A stretch of DNA of 64,000 nucleotides, from positions 228 to 64,227 of the forward strand of contig CAXNKG010000012.1 of the NCBI GenBank assembly GCA_964202965.1. Direction: 5' to 3'. The number at the start of each line of letters is the position of its first letter. The stretch's first letter is position 1. The notes beneath the pieces were generated by a model. It saw only the letters and a program-made list of their open reading frames with translations. It was not told the DNA's origin and did not search any database. Made by a program: the position numbers and the translations under genes. Source of the DNA: Vicinamibacterales bacterium (lineage in GTDB: Bacteria > Acidobacteriota > Vicinamibacteria > Vicinamibacterales > UBA2999). Below, one piece after another: positions 54,424-63,480 of the stretch.

Positions 54424-57037
54424 CGTCAGCAATCCGGAACATCCCATCTCCCTGCCCGAGAAGCCCGCGCTCGAAGGACTCGAGGCCAAGTGGAACGAGC
54501 GGTGGGAGCACGATCGCACGTATCGATTCGATCGCACGCGCAGCAGGGCCGAGGTGTACTCAATCGACACGCCGCCGCCGACCGTCAGCGGATCGCTGCA
54601 CATCGGGCACGTCTTCTCCTATACGCATACGGATCTGATTGCGCGCTTCCAGCGCATGCGGGGCAAGGCCGTCTTCTATCCGATGGGATGGGACGACAAC
54701 GGTCTGCCGACCGAGCGCCGTGTGCAGAACTATTACGGCGTTCGCTGCGACCCGTCATTGCCGTACGACCCGTCGTTTCAGACGCCGGACCCCTCGGCAG
54801 GCGCGGGGCAGGGAAGCCGCAAGCAGCCGCCTGTCGCGGTCTCGCGCCCGAACTTCATCGAGCTGTGCAACCGGCTGACGCACGAGGACGAAAAGGCCTT
54901 CGAGCACCTGTGGCGGTCGCTCGGCCTGTCGGTCGACTGGTCGATGACGTACGCGACGATCGACCAGCGCGCCCAGCGCGTCTCGCAGGCGGCGTTTCTG
55001 CGGCTGTTCCACCGGGGGATGGCCTATCAGCTCGAAGCGCCGACGCTGTGGGATGTCGACTTCCGCACGGCGGTGGCGCAGGCAGAGCTCGAAGACCGCG
55101 AGATGCCCGGCGCGTATCACCGCATTCGCTTCGAGCACGTGACGCCGTCGCTGCTGCCGGCGACCGGCGGCTATGTCGAGATCGATACGACCCGCCCGGA
55201 ACTGATTCCGGCGTGCGTGGCGCTCGTCGCGCATCCCGACGACGAGCGGTACAAGCCGCTGTTCGGCACCCACGTGCGCACACCGCTCTTTGGCGTGCCG
55301 GTGCCGATCCGCCCACACGCGCTCGCGGACCCGGAGAAGGGTACCGGCGTCGCGATGATCTGCACGTTTGGCGACGTCACCGACGTCATCTGGTGGCGCG
55401 AGCTGGGTCTGCCGGTGCGCGCGGTGCTGATGCCGAACGGAACGCTGCGGCCGGTCGCATGGGGCTCGTCCGGGTGGGAAAGCGCCGACGCCGCTCGCGC
55501 GCAGCAGGCGTACGACCAGATGGCGGGTCTCTCCGCCACGAAAGCCCGCGCACGCATCGTCGAACTGCTCCGCGAGTCGTCCGACCTGATTGGCGAGCCG
55601 CGGCCCATCACGCATCCCGTCAAGTTCTACGAGAAGGGGGACCGGCCCCTCGAAATCATCACCAGCCGCCAGTGGTTCATCAGGACGATGGACCAGAAGG
55701 AGGCGCTGCTGGAGCGCGGGCAACAGCTGCAGTGGCACCCGGAGTTCATGCGCCACCGCTACGAGAACTGGGTGAACGGGCTTGCGGGCGACTGGGGCAT
55801 CAGCCGGCAGCGGTTCTTTGGCGTGCCGTTCCCGGTCTGGTACCCCGTCGGCTCCGACGGCGCGCCCGATTTCACCAAGCCGATCGTGCCCGACGAATCG
55901 CGGCTGCCCGTGGATCCGTCGACGGACCTTCCGGACGGCTACCGTGCCGACCAGCGCGACCGGCCTGGCGGCTTCACGGGCGACCCGGATGTCATGGACA
56001 CGTGGGCAACGTCATCGGTGACGCCGCAAATCATTTCCGGCTGGCTGGACGATCCGGATCTCTTTTCGCGCGTGTTCCCGATGGACCTGCGTCCGCAGGG
56101 GCACGACATTATCCGCACGTGGCTCTTCACGACCGTGCTGCGCTCGCACCTGGAGCACGACTCGCTGCCCTGGGCGCATGCCGCGCTGTCGGGTTTCATC
56201 GTGGATCCCGACCGCAAGAAGATGTCGAAGTCCAAGGGGAACGTCGTCACGCCCGTCGGGCTGCTCGAGCAGTTCGGGTCGGATGGCGTGCGCTACTGGG
56301 CGGCCAGCGCCAGACCAGGCGGTGACGCGGCGTTTGACCCGAACGATCCGAGCCAGATGAAGATCGGGCGCCGGCTGTCGATGAAGCTGCTGAACGCGGC
56401 GCGCTTCGCGCTGCTGCAGGCCCACCCGCGCGGCCCGATCACCGAGCCGCTCGACAAAGGCATGCTGACCGCGCTGTCACTCCTGGCGCAGGAGGCGACG
56501 GAGCAGCTCGATGCGTACGACTACTCCCGCGTCCTCGAGCGGACCGAGCGCTTCTTCTGGACGTTCTGCGACGACTACCTCGAGCTGGTGAAGGCGCGCC
56601 GCTACGGCGATTTCACGCCCGAGGCCGCGGCGTCGGCCAACAGCGCGATGCTCGTGGCGTTGTCGACCCTGCTGCGGCTCTTCGCTCCGTATCTCCCGTT
56701 CGTGACGGAAGAGGTCTGGTCCTGGTGGCGTCCAGGTTCGGTCCATCAGGCGCAGTGGCCGACGGCAGCGGAGATCGTGGCGCCGATAGGCGGGGGGCAG
56801 GCCGACGCGCTGCACGTCTACGTCCAGACGCAGGCGGCGCTGGCGGAGGTCCGCCGCGTCAAGGCGGCGGCAAAGAAGGCGACCAAGGCCGTCATTGAAC
56901 GTGCGGTGCTTCCGGCCGCCTTCGAAACGCTGACACCCGCGGCGCGCGACTTTCAGGCGGCGACCCACATCCGCGAGTTGACGTTTGCGGACGTGGCGGC
57001 GCCTGAGCTGATCTTCGCGGAGGAACCAGCCGCGTGA
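54416..57037 (+). CDS. valS: Valine--tRNA ligase
   Basis: PPPTVSGSLHIGHVFSYTHTD (HIGH), KKMSKSKGNVV (KMSKS), 873 aa. Confidence 0.93.
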   Translation: MSDVSNPEHPISLPEKPALEGLEAKWNERWEHDRTYRFDRTRSRAEVYSIDTPPPTVSGSLHIGHVFSYTHTDLIARFQRMRGKAVFYPMGWDDNGLPTERRVQNYYGVRCDPSLPYDPSFQTPDPSAGAGQGSRKQPPVAVSRPNFIELCNRLTHEDEKAFEHLWRSLGLSVDWSMTYATIDQRAQRVSQAAFLRLFHRGMAYQLEAPTLWDVDFRTAVAQAELEDREMPGAYHRIRFEHVTPSLLPATGGYVEIDTTRPELIPACVALVAHPDDERYKPLFGTHVRTPLFGVPVPIRPHALADPEKGTGVAMICTFGDVTDVIWWRELGLPVRAVLMPNGTLRPVAWGSSGWESADAARAQQAYDQMAGLSATKARARIVELLRESSDLIGEPRPITHPVKFYEKGDRPLEIITSRQWFIRTMDQKEALLERGQQLQWHPEFMRHRYENWVNGLAGDWGISRQRFFGVPFPVWYPVGSDGAPDFTKPIVPDESRLPVDPSTDLPDGYRADQRDRPGGFTGDPDVMDTWATSSVTPQIISGWLDDPDLFSRVFPMDLRPQGHDIIRTWLFTTVLRSHLEHDSLPWAHAALSGFIVDPDRKKMSKSKGNVVTPVGLLEQFGSDGVRYWAASARPGGDAAFDPNDPSQMKIGRRLSMKLLNAARFALLQAHPRGPITEPLDKGMLTALSLLAQEATEQLDAYDYSRVLERTERFFWTFCDDYLELVKARRYGDFTPEAAASANSAMLVALSTLLRLFAPYLPFVTEEVWSWWRPGSVHQAQWPTAAEIVAPIGGGQADALHVYVQTQAALAEVRRVKAAAKKATKAVIERAVLPAAFETLTPAARDFQAATHIRELTFADVAAPELIFAEEPAA

Positions 57038-57894
57038 TTCCGATACCCCTCGAACCGCTCGAGCCCGGCCTGTACCGGGAGATCGTCCGGCGCACGCTCG
57101 CTGAAGACTTCGGTTGGGGCGACGTGACGACCGAGACTGTGATCGATCGGAACCAGAAGGGGACGGCGGTCATGGTGGCCAAGGCGCCGTGCGTCATCGC
57201 CGGACTCGACGTCGCATCGGAAGCCTTCCGGCAGATGGATCCAGCGATTGCCGTTACCGTCCACCACGCCGACGGCGCGCGCTGCGACGCCGGCACCGTC
57301 GTGGCGGAGTACCGCGGCTACGCGGCCGCGATGCTGACCGCCGAGCGCACCGCGCTCAACTTCCTGCAGCGGCTTTCCGGCATCGCCACGCTGACGCGCC
57401 AGTTCGTTGACGCGGCGGGCGGGCGCATCACGGTGCTCGACACGCGCAAGACGACGCCGATGCTGCGCGCGCTCGAGAAGTACGCCGTGCGCGTGGGCGG
57501 GGGCACGAACCACCGCAGCGGGCTCGACGACGGCATCCTGATCAAGGACAACCACATCCGCCTGGCCGGTGGCGTGGCTGCGGCGGTCACGAAGATGCGG
57601 AAGGGTAACCGCGAGATGCCGACCGAGGTCGAGGCGACAACCCTCGAGCAGGTGGACGAGGCGCTGGAGGCGTGCGCCGAGATTGTCCTGCTGGACAACA
57701 TGTCGACGCCGGACATCATCGAGGCGGTGAAACGCTGCCGCGGACGCGCCAAGACGGAGATCTCGGGCGGCGTCACGCTCGCACGGATGCCCGAACTGGC
57801 GGCGACCGGGGCCGACTACGTGTCGATTGGCGCACTCACACACTCCGCTCCCGCGATCGATCTGAGTTGTGAAGTCGAGCCCGCTACCACCTGA
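57034..57894 (+). CDS. nadC: Nicotinate-nucleotide pyrophosphorylase (carboxylating)
   Basis: AERTALNFLQRLSGIATLT, DTRKTTPMLRALEKYAVRVGGGTNHRSGLDDGILIKDNH. GTGA overlap with valS. Confidence 0.9.
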   Translation: MIPIPLEPLEPGLYREIVRRTLAEDFGWGDVTTETVIDRNQKGTAVMVAKAPCVIAGLDVASEAFRQMDPAIAVTVHHADGARCDAGTVVAEYRGYAAAMLTAERTALNFLQRLSGIATLTRQFVDAAGGRITVLDTRKTTPMLRALEKYAVRVGGGTNHRSGLDDGILIKDNHIRLAGGVAAAVTKMRKGNREMPTEVEATTLEQVDEALEACAEIVLLDNMSTPDIIEAVKRCRGRAKTEISGGVTLARMPELAATGADYVSIGALTHSAPAIDLSCEVEPATT

Positions 57895-58648
57895 TCTTGC
57901 CGATTCGCTGAGCGCCGCCGCCCTCCGTCTGGGCCGGTTCGGCCGCCAGGTCCTCTTCTACGACCGCGTACCGTCGACCAACGACGTGGCAGCCCGGCTC
58001 GCCGACGGCGGCGCGCAGGAGGGATGCGTGGTCATCGGGGATGCGCAGTCCGCGGGCCGGGGACGTCTCGGCCGGACGTGGGTCTCGCCCGCTGGCGCCG
58101 GGTTGTATGTCTCGGCCGTCCTCCGGCCGGACGCCGGCGTCATTTCACTCGTCACGATTGCCGCGGGCGTGGCGCTGAGCGAGGGCATAGAGGCGGCCAC
58201 CGGCCTGCGGCCGGATCTCAAGTGGCCGAATGACGTGCTGATCGGCGGCCGCAAGGCCGCGGGGATCCTGGCCGAAGGGTCGCTTCGCTACGTGATTCTC
58301 GGCTTCGGGATCAACGTCCTGCCCGCCGCGTATCCTCCTGAGGTCGCGGCACGCGCTACAAGTCTCGAACGCGAGCTTGGGCGGGCCGTCGACCGCGGAT
58401 CGCTCCTTGTCGAGTGCCTGTCGTCGTTTGCGGCACGCTATGGAGAACTCCGGCAGGGGCAGCGCGCGGTCGTCGTGGACGCGTGGCGCGCCCGGGCCAT
58501 CGCCAGCCTCAGGAAACGCGTCCGGTGGGACGCGCAGGGAACCCGCGTGGAAGGGATCGCCGAGGACATCGACGCGGATGGCGCGCTGTTGGTGCGGACG
58601 GCGGACGGCACCGCCAGGGTCATTTCTGGTGAAGTAACGTGGCTGTGA
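57869..58648 (+). CDS. birA: Biotin--[acetyl-CoA-carboxylase] ligase (no HTH domain)
   Basis: GDAQSAGRGRLGRTWVSPAGAGLYVS, KWPNDVLIGGRKAAGILAE. The start is uncertain (GTG 57869 overlaps nadC by 26 nt). Confidence 0.82.
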   Translation: MKSSPLPPDLADSLSAAALRLGRFGRQVLFYDRVPSTNDVAARLADGGAQEGCVVIGDAQSAGRGRLGRTWVSPAGAGLYVSAVLRPDAGVISLVTIAAGVALSEGIEAATGLRPDLKWPNDVLIGGRKAAGILAEGSLRYVILGFGINVLPAAYPPEVAARATSLERELGRAVDRGSLLVECLSSFAARYGELRQGQRAVVVDAWRARAIASLRKRVRWDAQGTRVEGIAEDIDADGALLVRTADGTARVISGEVTWL

Positions 58649-59364
58649 TGGACGATCCCGAAACGTTCTGCCGTGATGTCGAGGCGTACCTGACCCGCAA
58701 GAACGACGGTCACCTCGTGCGCATCGTCGGCCCCGCGTTCGAGCAGGTGCGCGGCTGGGCCGCGCGCGGGATTCCGCTCAAGGTGGTCTTCCGCGGCGTG
58801 GATCGCTATTTCGAGCGCTACTACGCGAAAGGACCGCGGCGGCGTCCCGTGCGTGTGGAGTTCTGCGAAGCCGACGTTCTGGACGTCTTCGACGAGTGGC
58901 GGCGGTCGGTTGGCGTCGTGGATACGTCCGGCGAGGCAGCGGCGGATGGACAGGAGCCGGCTGCCGAGCGCTCCGGCCGGCCGCGCGAATCGCTCTCGGC
59001 CCATCTCGACAAGGTAGTCGTCCGCCTCACGACCCGGCGGAAGGGAGCCGATCGATCGCTCGACACGGCGCTGGAGGAGATCGTTCGCGAGCTGGATGCC
59101 GCCCGCGCGGGCGCAAAGGGGCTGCGAGGCGAGCGTCGCGACGCGCTGCTGGCGCGTCTGCGCGAGCTCGACGGGGTACTGCTGGTTGCGGGGCGCGAAG
59201 GATGCGACGCCGGCGTCCTGAGCGGCCTTGCGTCGGAAGCTGACGCCCAGCTCGCCCCGTTCAGGGATCGCATGGCTCCCGCCGTCTACGCGCAGTCCCA
59301 CCAGGCCTGTCTCGGTCGTCTCATTCGCGACCGCGCGCAACTCCCCACCATTGCCTTTGATTGA
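58648..59364 (+). CDS. Hypothetical protein (238 aa)
   Basis: ATG 58648 overlaps the birA stop (TGATG); MDDPETFCRDVEAYLTRKNDGHLVRIVGPAFEQVRGWAARGIPLKVVFRGVDRYFERYY. No family recognised. Confidence 0.5.
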   Translation: MDDPETFCRDVEAYLTRKNDGHLVRIVGPAFEQVRGWAARGIPLKVVFRGVDRYFERYYAKGPRRRPVRVEFCEADVLDVFDEWRRSVGVVDTSGEAAADGQEPAAERSGRPRESLSAHLDKVVVRLTTRRKGADRSLDTALEEIVRELDAARAGAKGLRGERRDALLARLRELDGVLLVAGREGCDAGVLSGLASEADAQLAPFRDRMAPAVYAQSHQACLGRLIRDRAQLPTIAFD

Positions 59365-59401
59365 GACGAAAAGTGCGACGGTGTGACGGGGCGAAGATGC
59401 G

Positions 59402-60682
59402 ATGGTAGGCACTGAGCTGGTTCTTTCTGTAGAGAAGCCCGCCGCCGGGGGACGCATGCTGGCGCGGCACGAGGGACAGATCGTGTTCGTGTCCGGTGCG
59501 ATTCCTGGGGAACGGGTCCGCGCGCGCGTCGAGCGGTCGGCGAAGAGCGTGCTGTATGCCTCGACGATCGAGGTGATCGAACCGTCTTCGGACCGCCGCG
59601 CGGTGGCGGGGGACTGGCAGTGCGGCGGCAACGTCTTCGCGCACATGGCCTACGAGCGGCAGCGCCTGATCAAGGGTGACATTCTTCGGGACGCGCTGGA
59701 ACGGATCGGCCGCGTGCCGCTGCCAGCGGCTCCGGACGTCGTGGGATCGCCGGAGCAGGGGTACCGCATGCGCGCGCGGCTGCACTGCCGCGACCGCCGC
59801 ATTGGATTCTTCCGCGAGGGCACCCACGAGCTGTGCGATGCCGGTTCCACCGGCCAGCTGATGCCGGCGGCCGTCGCCTGGATTGCCGACGCGGAGCGGA
59901 CGATCGCGCACGCCAGATTGAGCGGGCTCTCGGCCCTGGAGCTCTCGGAGAATGTCGCCGGCGATGAACGCGCGTGCCATCTGCTGCTCGATGCGCGGGT
60001 CGTCGCCGCGCCGTTCGCTGTCCTGGGCAGCCTCGCGGGCATCACGGGCCTGTCGGCCGAGCGCGCGGATCGTGCCGGCATCGAAATCCTCACGGGAACC
60101 GCGTCCGTCACCGACGTGATCCGGGTCCGCGCGGATGGCACCGCCACCGTCCTTCAGCTGCGGCGTGATGTCCGGGCGTTCTTCCAGGGCAACCGCTTTC
60201 TGCTCGAGCCACTCGCACGACACGTCGCGAGTCTGGTGCCGCCAGGGCCGGTCGTCGACCTGTATGCGGGCGTCGGTCTCTTCGGCCTGTCGCTCGCTGC
60301 CGCCGGCTACGACCAGGTGACGCTGGTCGAGGGCGACCCGATCAGCGGCGCGTCGCTCGTGGAGAACGCGGAACCGTTCGGAGCGCAAGTTCAGGTGGTG
60401 CGGGCGAGCGTGGAGTCGTTTCTCGCAGGTGCGCGAGCCGCGGACCCGCCGACAACCTTCATCGTCGATCCGCCGCGGACCGGCATGTCCAAAGAGGCGC
60501 TCGCCGGCATTATCCGCAGCGCGCCGGAACGGCTGGTCTATGTGTCGTGCGACGTGGCGACCTTCGCGCGTGATACGCGCACGCTGCTGGATGCGGGCTA
60601 TGAACTCGATCAGGTGATCGGAATGGATTTGTTTCCGAACACCGCGCACGTCGAAGCCATCGCGCGGTTCGTGCGTGTGTAG
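59402..60682 (+). CDS. Class I SAM-dependent RNA (uracil-5)-methyltransferase, RlmD/TrmA-like with N-terminal TRAM-like domain
   Basis: VVDLYAGVGLFGLSLA, FIVDPPRTGMS, LVYVSCDVATFARD. Confidence 0.8.
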   Translation: MVGTELVLSVEKPAAGGRMLARHEGQIVFVSGAIPGERVRARVERSAKSVLYASTIEVIEPSSDRRAVAGDWQCGGNVFAHMAYERQRLIKGDILRDALERIGRVPLPAAPDVVGSPEQGYRMRARLHCRDRRIGFFREGTHELCDAGSTGQLMPAAVAWIADAERTIAHARLSGLSALELSENVAGDERACHLLLDARVVAAPFAVLGSLAGITGLSAERADRAGIEILTGTASVTDVIRVRADGTATVLQLRRDVRAFFQGNRFLLEPLARHVASLVPPGPVVDLYAGVGLFGLSLAAAGYDQVTLVEGDPISGASLVENAEPFGAQVQVVRASVESFLAGARAADPPTTFIVDPPRTGMSKEALAGIIRSAPERLVYVSCDVATFARDTRTLLDAGYELDQVIGMDLFPNTAHVEAIARFVRV

Positions 60683-60703
60683 GCCGGGTCTTTCAGACCC
60701 GGC
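60678..60703. repeat. REP-like hairpin TGTAGGCCGGGTCTTTCAGACCCGGC carrying the stop codons of both convergent genes
   Basis: TAG 60680-60682 ends the methyltransferase. The stem is GCCGGGTCT (60683-60691) / AGACCCGGC (60695-60703). TCA 60693-60695 is the minus-strand TGA of the amidotransferase. Confidence 0.7.
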
Positions 60704-61385
60704 ACGCCGCAATAAAGCCTTCGAACAGCGAGCGGAATTCCCCGGTCCTGTAGAAGTTCTCGGGATGCCACTGCACGCCGAGGCAGAAGCGGCGGGACGG
60801 ATCCTCGATTGCTTCGATGATCCCGTCCGGCGCGGTGGCGGTCGTGACAAGCCCCTTGCCGAGCCTGTTCACGGCCTGATGATGCCTGCTGTTTACCTGG
60901 CAGCTGTCGTTGCCCTCGAGCGCCTCACGCGTGATGCGCGCGAGCAGCGATCCTTTCTCGATCCAGACCTCGTGGGCCAGCGTGATGGGTTCGTTCGGCG
61001 GTACCGCGAGCCGGTGATCGAGCGCGTCGGGGACCTGGGTGGGGATGTCCTGGACGAGCGTGCCTCCGCGCGCCACGTTCAGCACCTGGATGCCGCGGCA
61101 GATGGCGAACAGCGGGAGATTGGCGGCCGTGGCGCGCTCGATCAGCTCGAATTCGTAGATATCGCGCCCCGGCTCGGCCGGCGAGAACGTCGGGTGCATC
61201 GCCGCGCCATGGAGGTCTGGATGCACGTCGCCGCCGCCAGCCAGGAGAAGCCCCTGCACCGATCCGATGACCGTATCGGGATGGTCGGCGGACGCATCGA
61301 GCACCCACGGGTCGCCGCCGGCACGCCGGACGGATTCCTCGTAGTCGTGGAGCTTCCGGCAGGGCGCAATCGCAATCCGTGTCAC
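60693..61385 (-). CDS. Gamma-glutamyl-GABA hydrolase-like class I glutamine amidotransferase (peptidase C26)
   Basis: LPLFAICRGIQVLNVARGG, VNSRHHQAV, GVQWHPE. GTG start 1 nt after the argS stop. Confidence 0.82.
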   Translation of the reverse strand: MTRIAIAPCRKLHDYEESVRRAGGDPWVLDASADHPDTVIGSVQGLLLAGGGDVHPDLHGAAMHPTFSPAEPGRDIYEFELIERATAANLPLFAICRGIQVLNVARGGTLVQDIPTQVPDALDHRLAVPPNEPITLAHEVWIEKGSLLARITREALEGNDSCQVNSRHHQAVNRLGKGLVTTATAPDGIIEAIEDPSRRFCLGVQWHPENFYRTGEFRSLFEGFIAACRV

Positions 61386-61386
61386 G

Positions 61387-63450
61387 TTACATCCTCACCG
61401 GAACGTCGATGCCCATCAGATTCAGCGCGCGCGTGAGCTGGTTGCGCACGTACATCACCCCCGCCGCCCGCCAGCGCCTGACATCGTCGCGTTCCTCATT
61501 CAGGATCGTGGATCGTGCCGCCGGCAGGTTGTAGTAGCCGCTGAACGCCTGCGCCAGCGCGAACGACCACTTGGCCAGCACCGAGAACTCCAGCGTGCGA
61601 ATCACCGTGTCGACGATTTCGTCGAGCCGTGACGCGTCGAGGACGAGCGCCCAGAGCTCGTCGCCGCCGTTCTTCCCGTCGAGCTCGGCCGACGGCACGG
61701 CGTCGAGTCCGTCGAGCAACGCCGGTTCGTCGAGCCCGTGCCGCTCCTGGACGTTCCGGAAGATCCGGTTCATGCGGACCACCGCGTACTGGATGTAGGG
61801 GCCGCTCTCCCCCTCGAAGCTCAGTGCCTCGTCGAGATCGAACACGATCATCTTGCCGCGCGAGAACTTGATGAGGAAGTACCGCACCGCGGCGATGCCA
61901 ATCATCTGCGCGATCCGTTCGCGTTCGTCGCCAGGGAGTTCCGCGTTGCGCGTCGCGACCTCGCGGCCCGCCTTCCGGATGACCGTATCGAGCAGGTCGT
62001 CGGCTTTGACGCCGAGTCCCTTGCGGCCTGATACCTCGACGAACGGGCGTTTCGCGTCTTCCTCGCTCGGCGCGTATCCCAGCTCGCGCGCCGTGGCGTG
62101 CGAGAGCGTGACCATCTCGTACGAGAAGTGATGCGACCGGTCGGCCGCCTCCGGGTGTCCCGCGGCGACGAGCGCCTGCTTCAGCAGCTTCTGCAGATAC
62201 GACTGCCTGACGTCAATCACGTTATAGACGTAGGCCGCGCCGCCGAATGCCGGGTGGTCGTTGTCCCCGCCGGACGCGCAGGTCGCCCACAGCGGACCGT
62301 GCGGGCGTGTCGTGAACACGCGATAGCAGAAGTCCCGGCCGAGCAGCCCCAGCTTCCAGAACTGATAGGCGATGTCCTTGCCGACGTAGGTGACCACGCC
62401 GTTGGAGCGCACGATGACCTTCTCACGCTCCGCCGCGTCGGCCTCGTCGTCTCCCACCGCGGCGTCGGCAACAGGCTCAGGGCTTTCGGCCTTGGGCCCA
62501 GGGCCTTGAGCCTTGAGCCCCGGGTCCTTGTCCTCTTCGATCGGCATCACCCAGCACCCGGCGAGCCGTCCCTCGGTCTGCAGGTAGACGGCGCCGCTCG
62601 CCTTCAGCACGTCGAATGCCTGCGCCCAGAACTTCAAGCGGAGGATGTCGCCCTCCCACGTCAGGAGGTCGTAGTCCACGTTCATCCGCGCCATCGTCCG
62701 CAGATGCGTCCGGACAACCCGGTCCGCGACAAGGGCGCCGATCTCGGCGGCTTCAGTGCCGCCCTGCTCGATGTCGTGCAGCGTCTCGGCGCGATGCGTC
62801 AGCCGCGCCTTGTCGCCGTCGTACCACTGGGTCACGCGGGAATAGAGATCCCAGCAGTAGTAGTCGAACCGCGTGGAGTCGGCGATCTCACGAATCTCGG
62901 CGAGGGACTTCTTCTCGATGACCCTGAACCCGACGATGACGTCGGCGACCTGCACGCCGGTATCGTCGATGTAGTTCTGCACTTCGACCGGGACGCCGCG
63001 GAAGCGCAGCACGCGGACGAGCGTATCGCCGAGGGCGGAGTTGCGCAGGTGGCCGACGTGGGCCGCCTTGTTCGGATTGATCGCCGTGTGCTCGACGATC
63101 GCCTTGCCGCCCGGCGGCGACGCGACGGCATCGGGCGTCAGGGCCAGGCGGTCGATTAGAAAGCTTCGGCGCTCGAGAAAGAAATTGAGGTAGCCGTTGG
63201 GCGCCGCGCCGACCTGCGCGATGCCCTCGAGCGTGCCGAAGGCGCCGGCGATCTCCTGCGCGATGGCGCGCGGCGCCTTGCGAAGGCGGCGCGCCAGCTC
63301 GAAGGCGACGGGCGTGCCGAGGTCGCCGAGCGTCCGATTCGGCGGATACTCGAGCGCGATCGACGGAGCCGATGTCCCGTCGAGCGCGTAGAGTTCGCGA
63401 AGCACGCGGGTGAGGTGGCCGCGCAGGCGGTCATGAACGGGCAGAATCAT
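61387..63450 (-). CDS. argS: Arginine--tRNA ligase (687 aa, with a low-complexity insertion)
   Basis: INPNKAAHVGHLRNSALGD (HIGH-type), DALS/anticodon-binding C-terminus ending ...GIDVPVRM. Confidence 0.9.
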   Translation of the reverse strand: MILPVHDRLRGHLTRVLRELYALDGTSAPSIALEYPPNRTLGDLGTPVAFELARRLRKAPRAIAQEIAGAFGTLEGIAQVGAAPNGYLNFFLERRSFLIDRLALTPDAVASPPGGKAIVEHTAINPNKAAHVGHLRNSALGDTLVRVLRFRGVPVEVQNYIDDTGVQVADVIVGFRVIEKKSLAEIREIADSTRFDYYCWDLYSRVTQWYDGDKARLTHRAETLHDIEQGGTEAAEIGALVADRVVRTHLRTMARMNVDYDLLTWEGDILRLKFWAQAFDVLKASGAVYLQTEGRLAGCWVMPIEEDKDPGLKAQGPGPKAESPEPVADAAVGDDEADAAEREKVIVRSNGVVTYVGKDIAYQFWKLGLLGRDFCYRVFTTRPHGPLWATCASGGDNDHPAFGGAAYVYNVIDVRQSYLQKLLKQALVAAGHPEAADRSHHFSYEMVTLSHATARELGYAPSEEDAKRPFVEVSGRKGLGVKADDLLDTVIRKAGREVATRNAELPGDERERIAQMIGIAAVRYFLIKFSRGKMIVFDLDEALSFEGESGPYIQYAVVRMNRIFRNVQERHGLDEPALLDGLDAVPSAELDGKNGGDELWALVLDASRLDEIVDTVIRTLEFSVLAKWSFALAQAFSGYYNLPAARSTILNEERDDVRRWRAAGVMYVRNQLTRALNLMGIDVPVRM

Positions 63451-63480
63451 TGCGATTGGTGTCCTGCTGCGGTACGCTGA

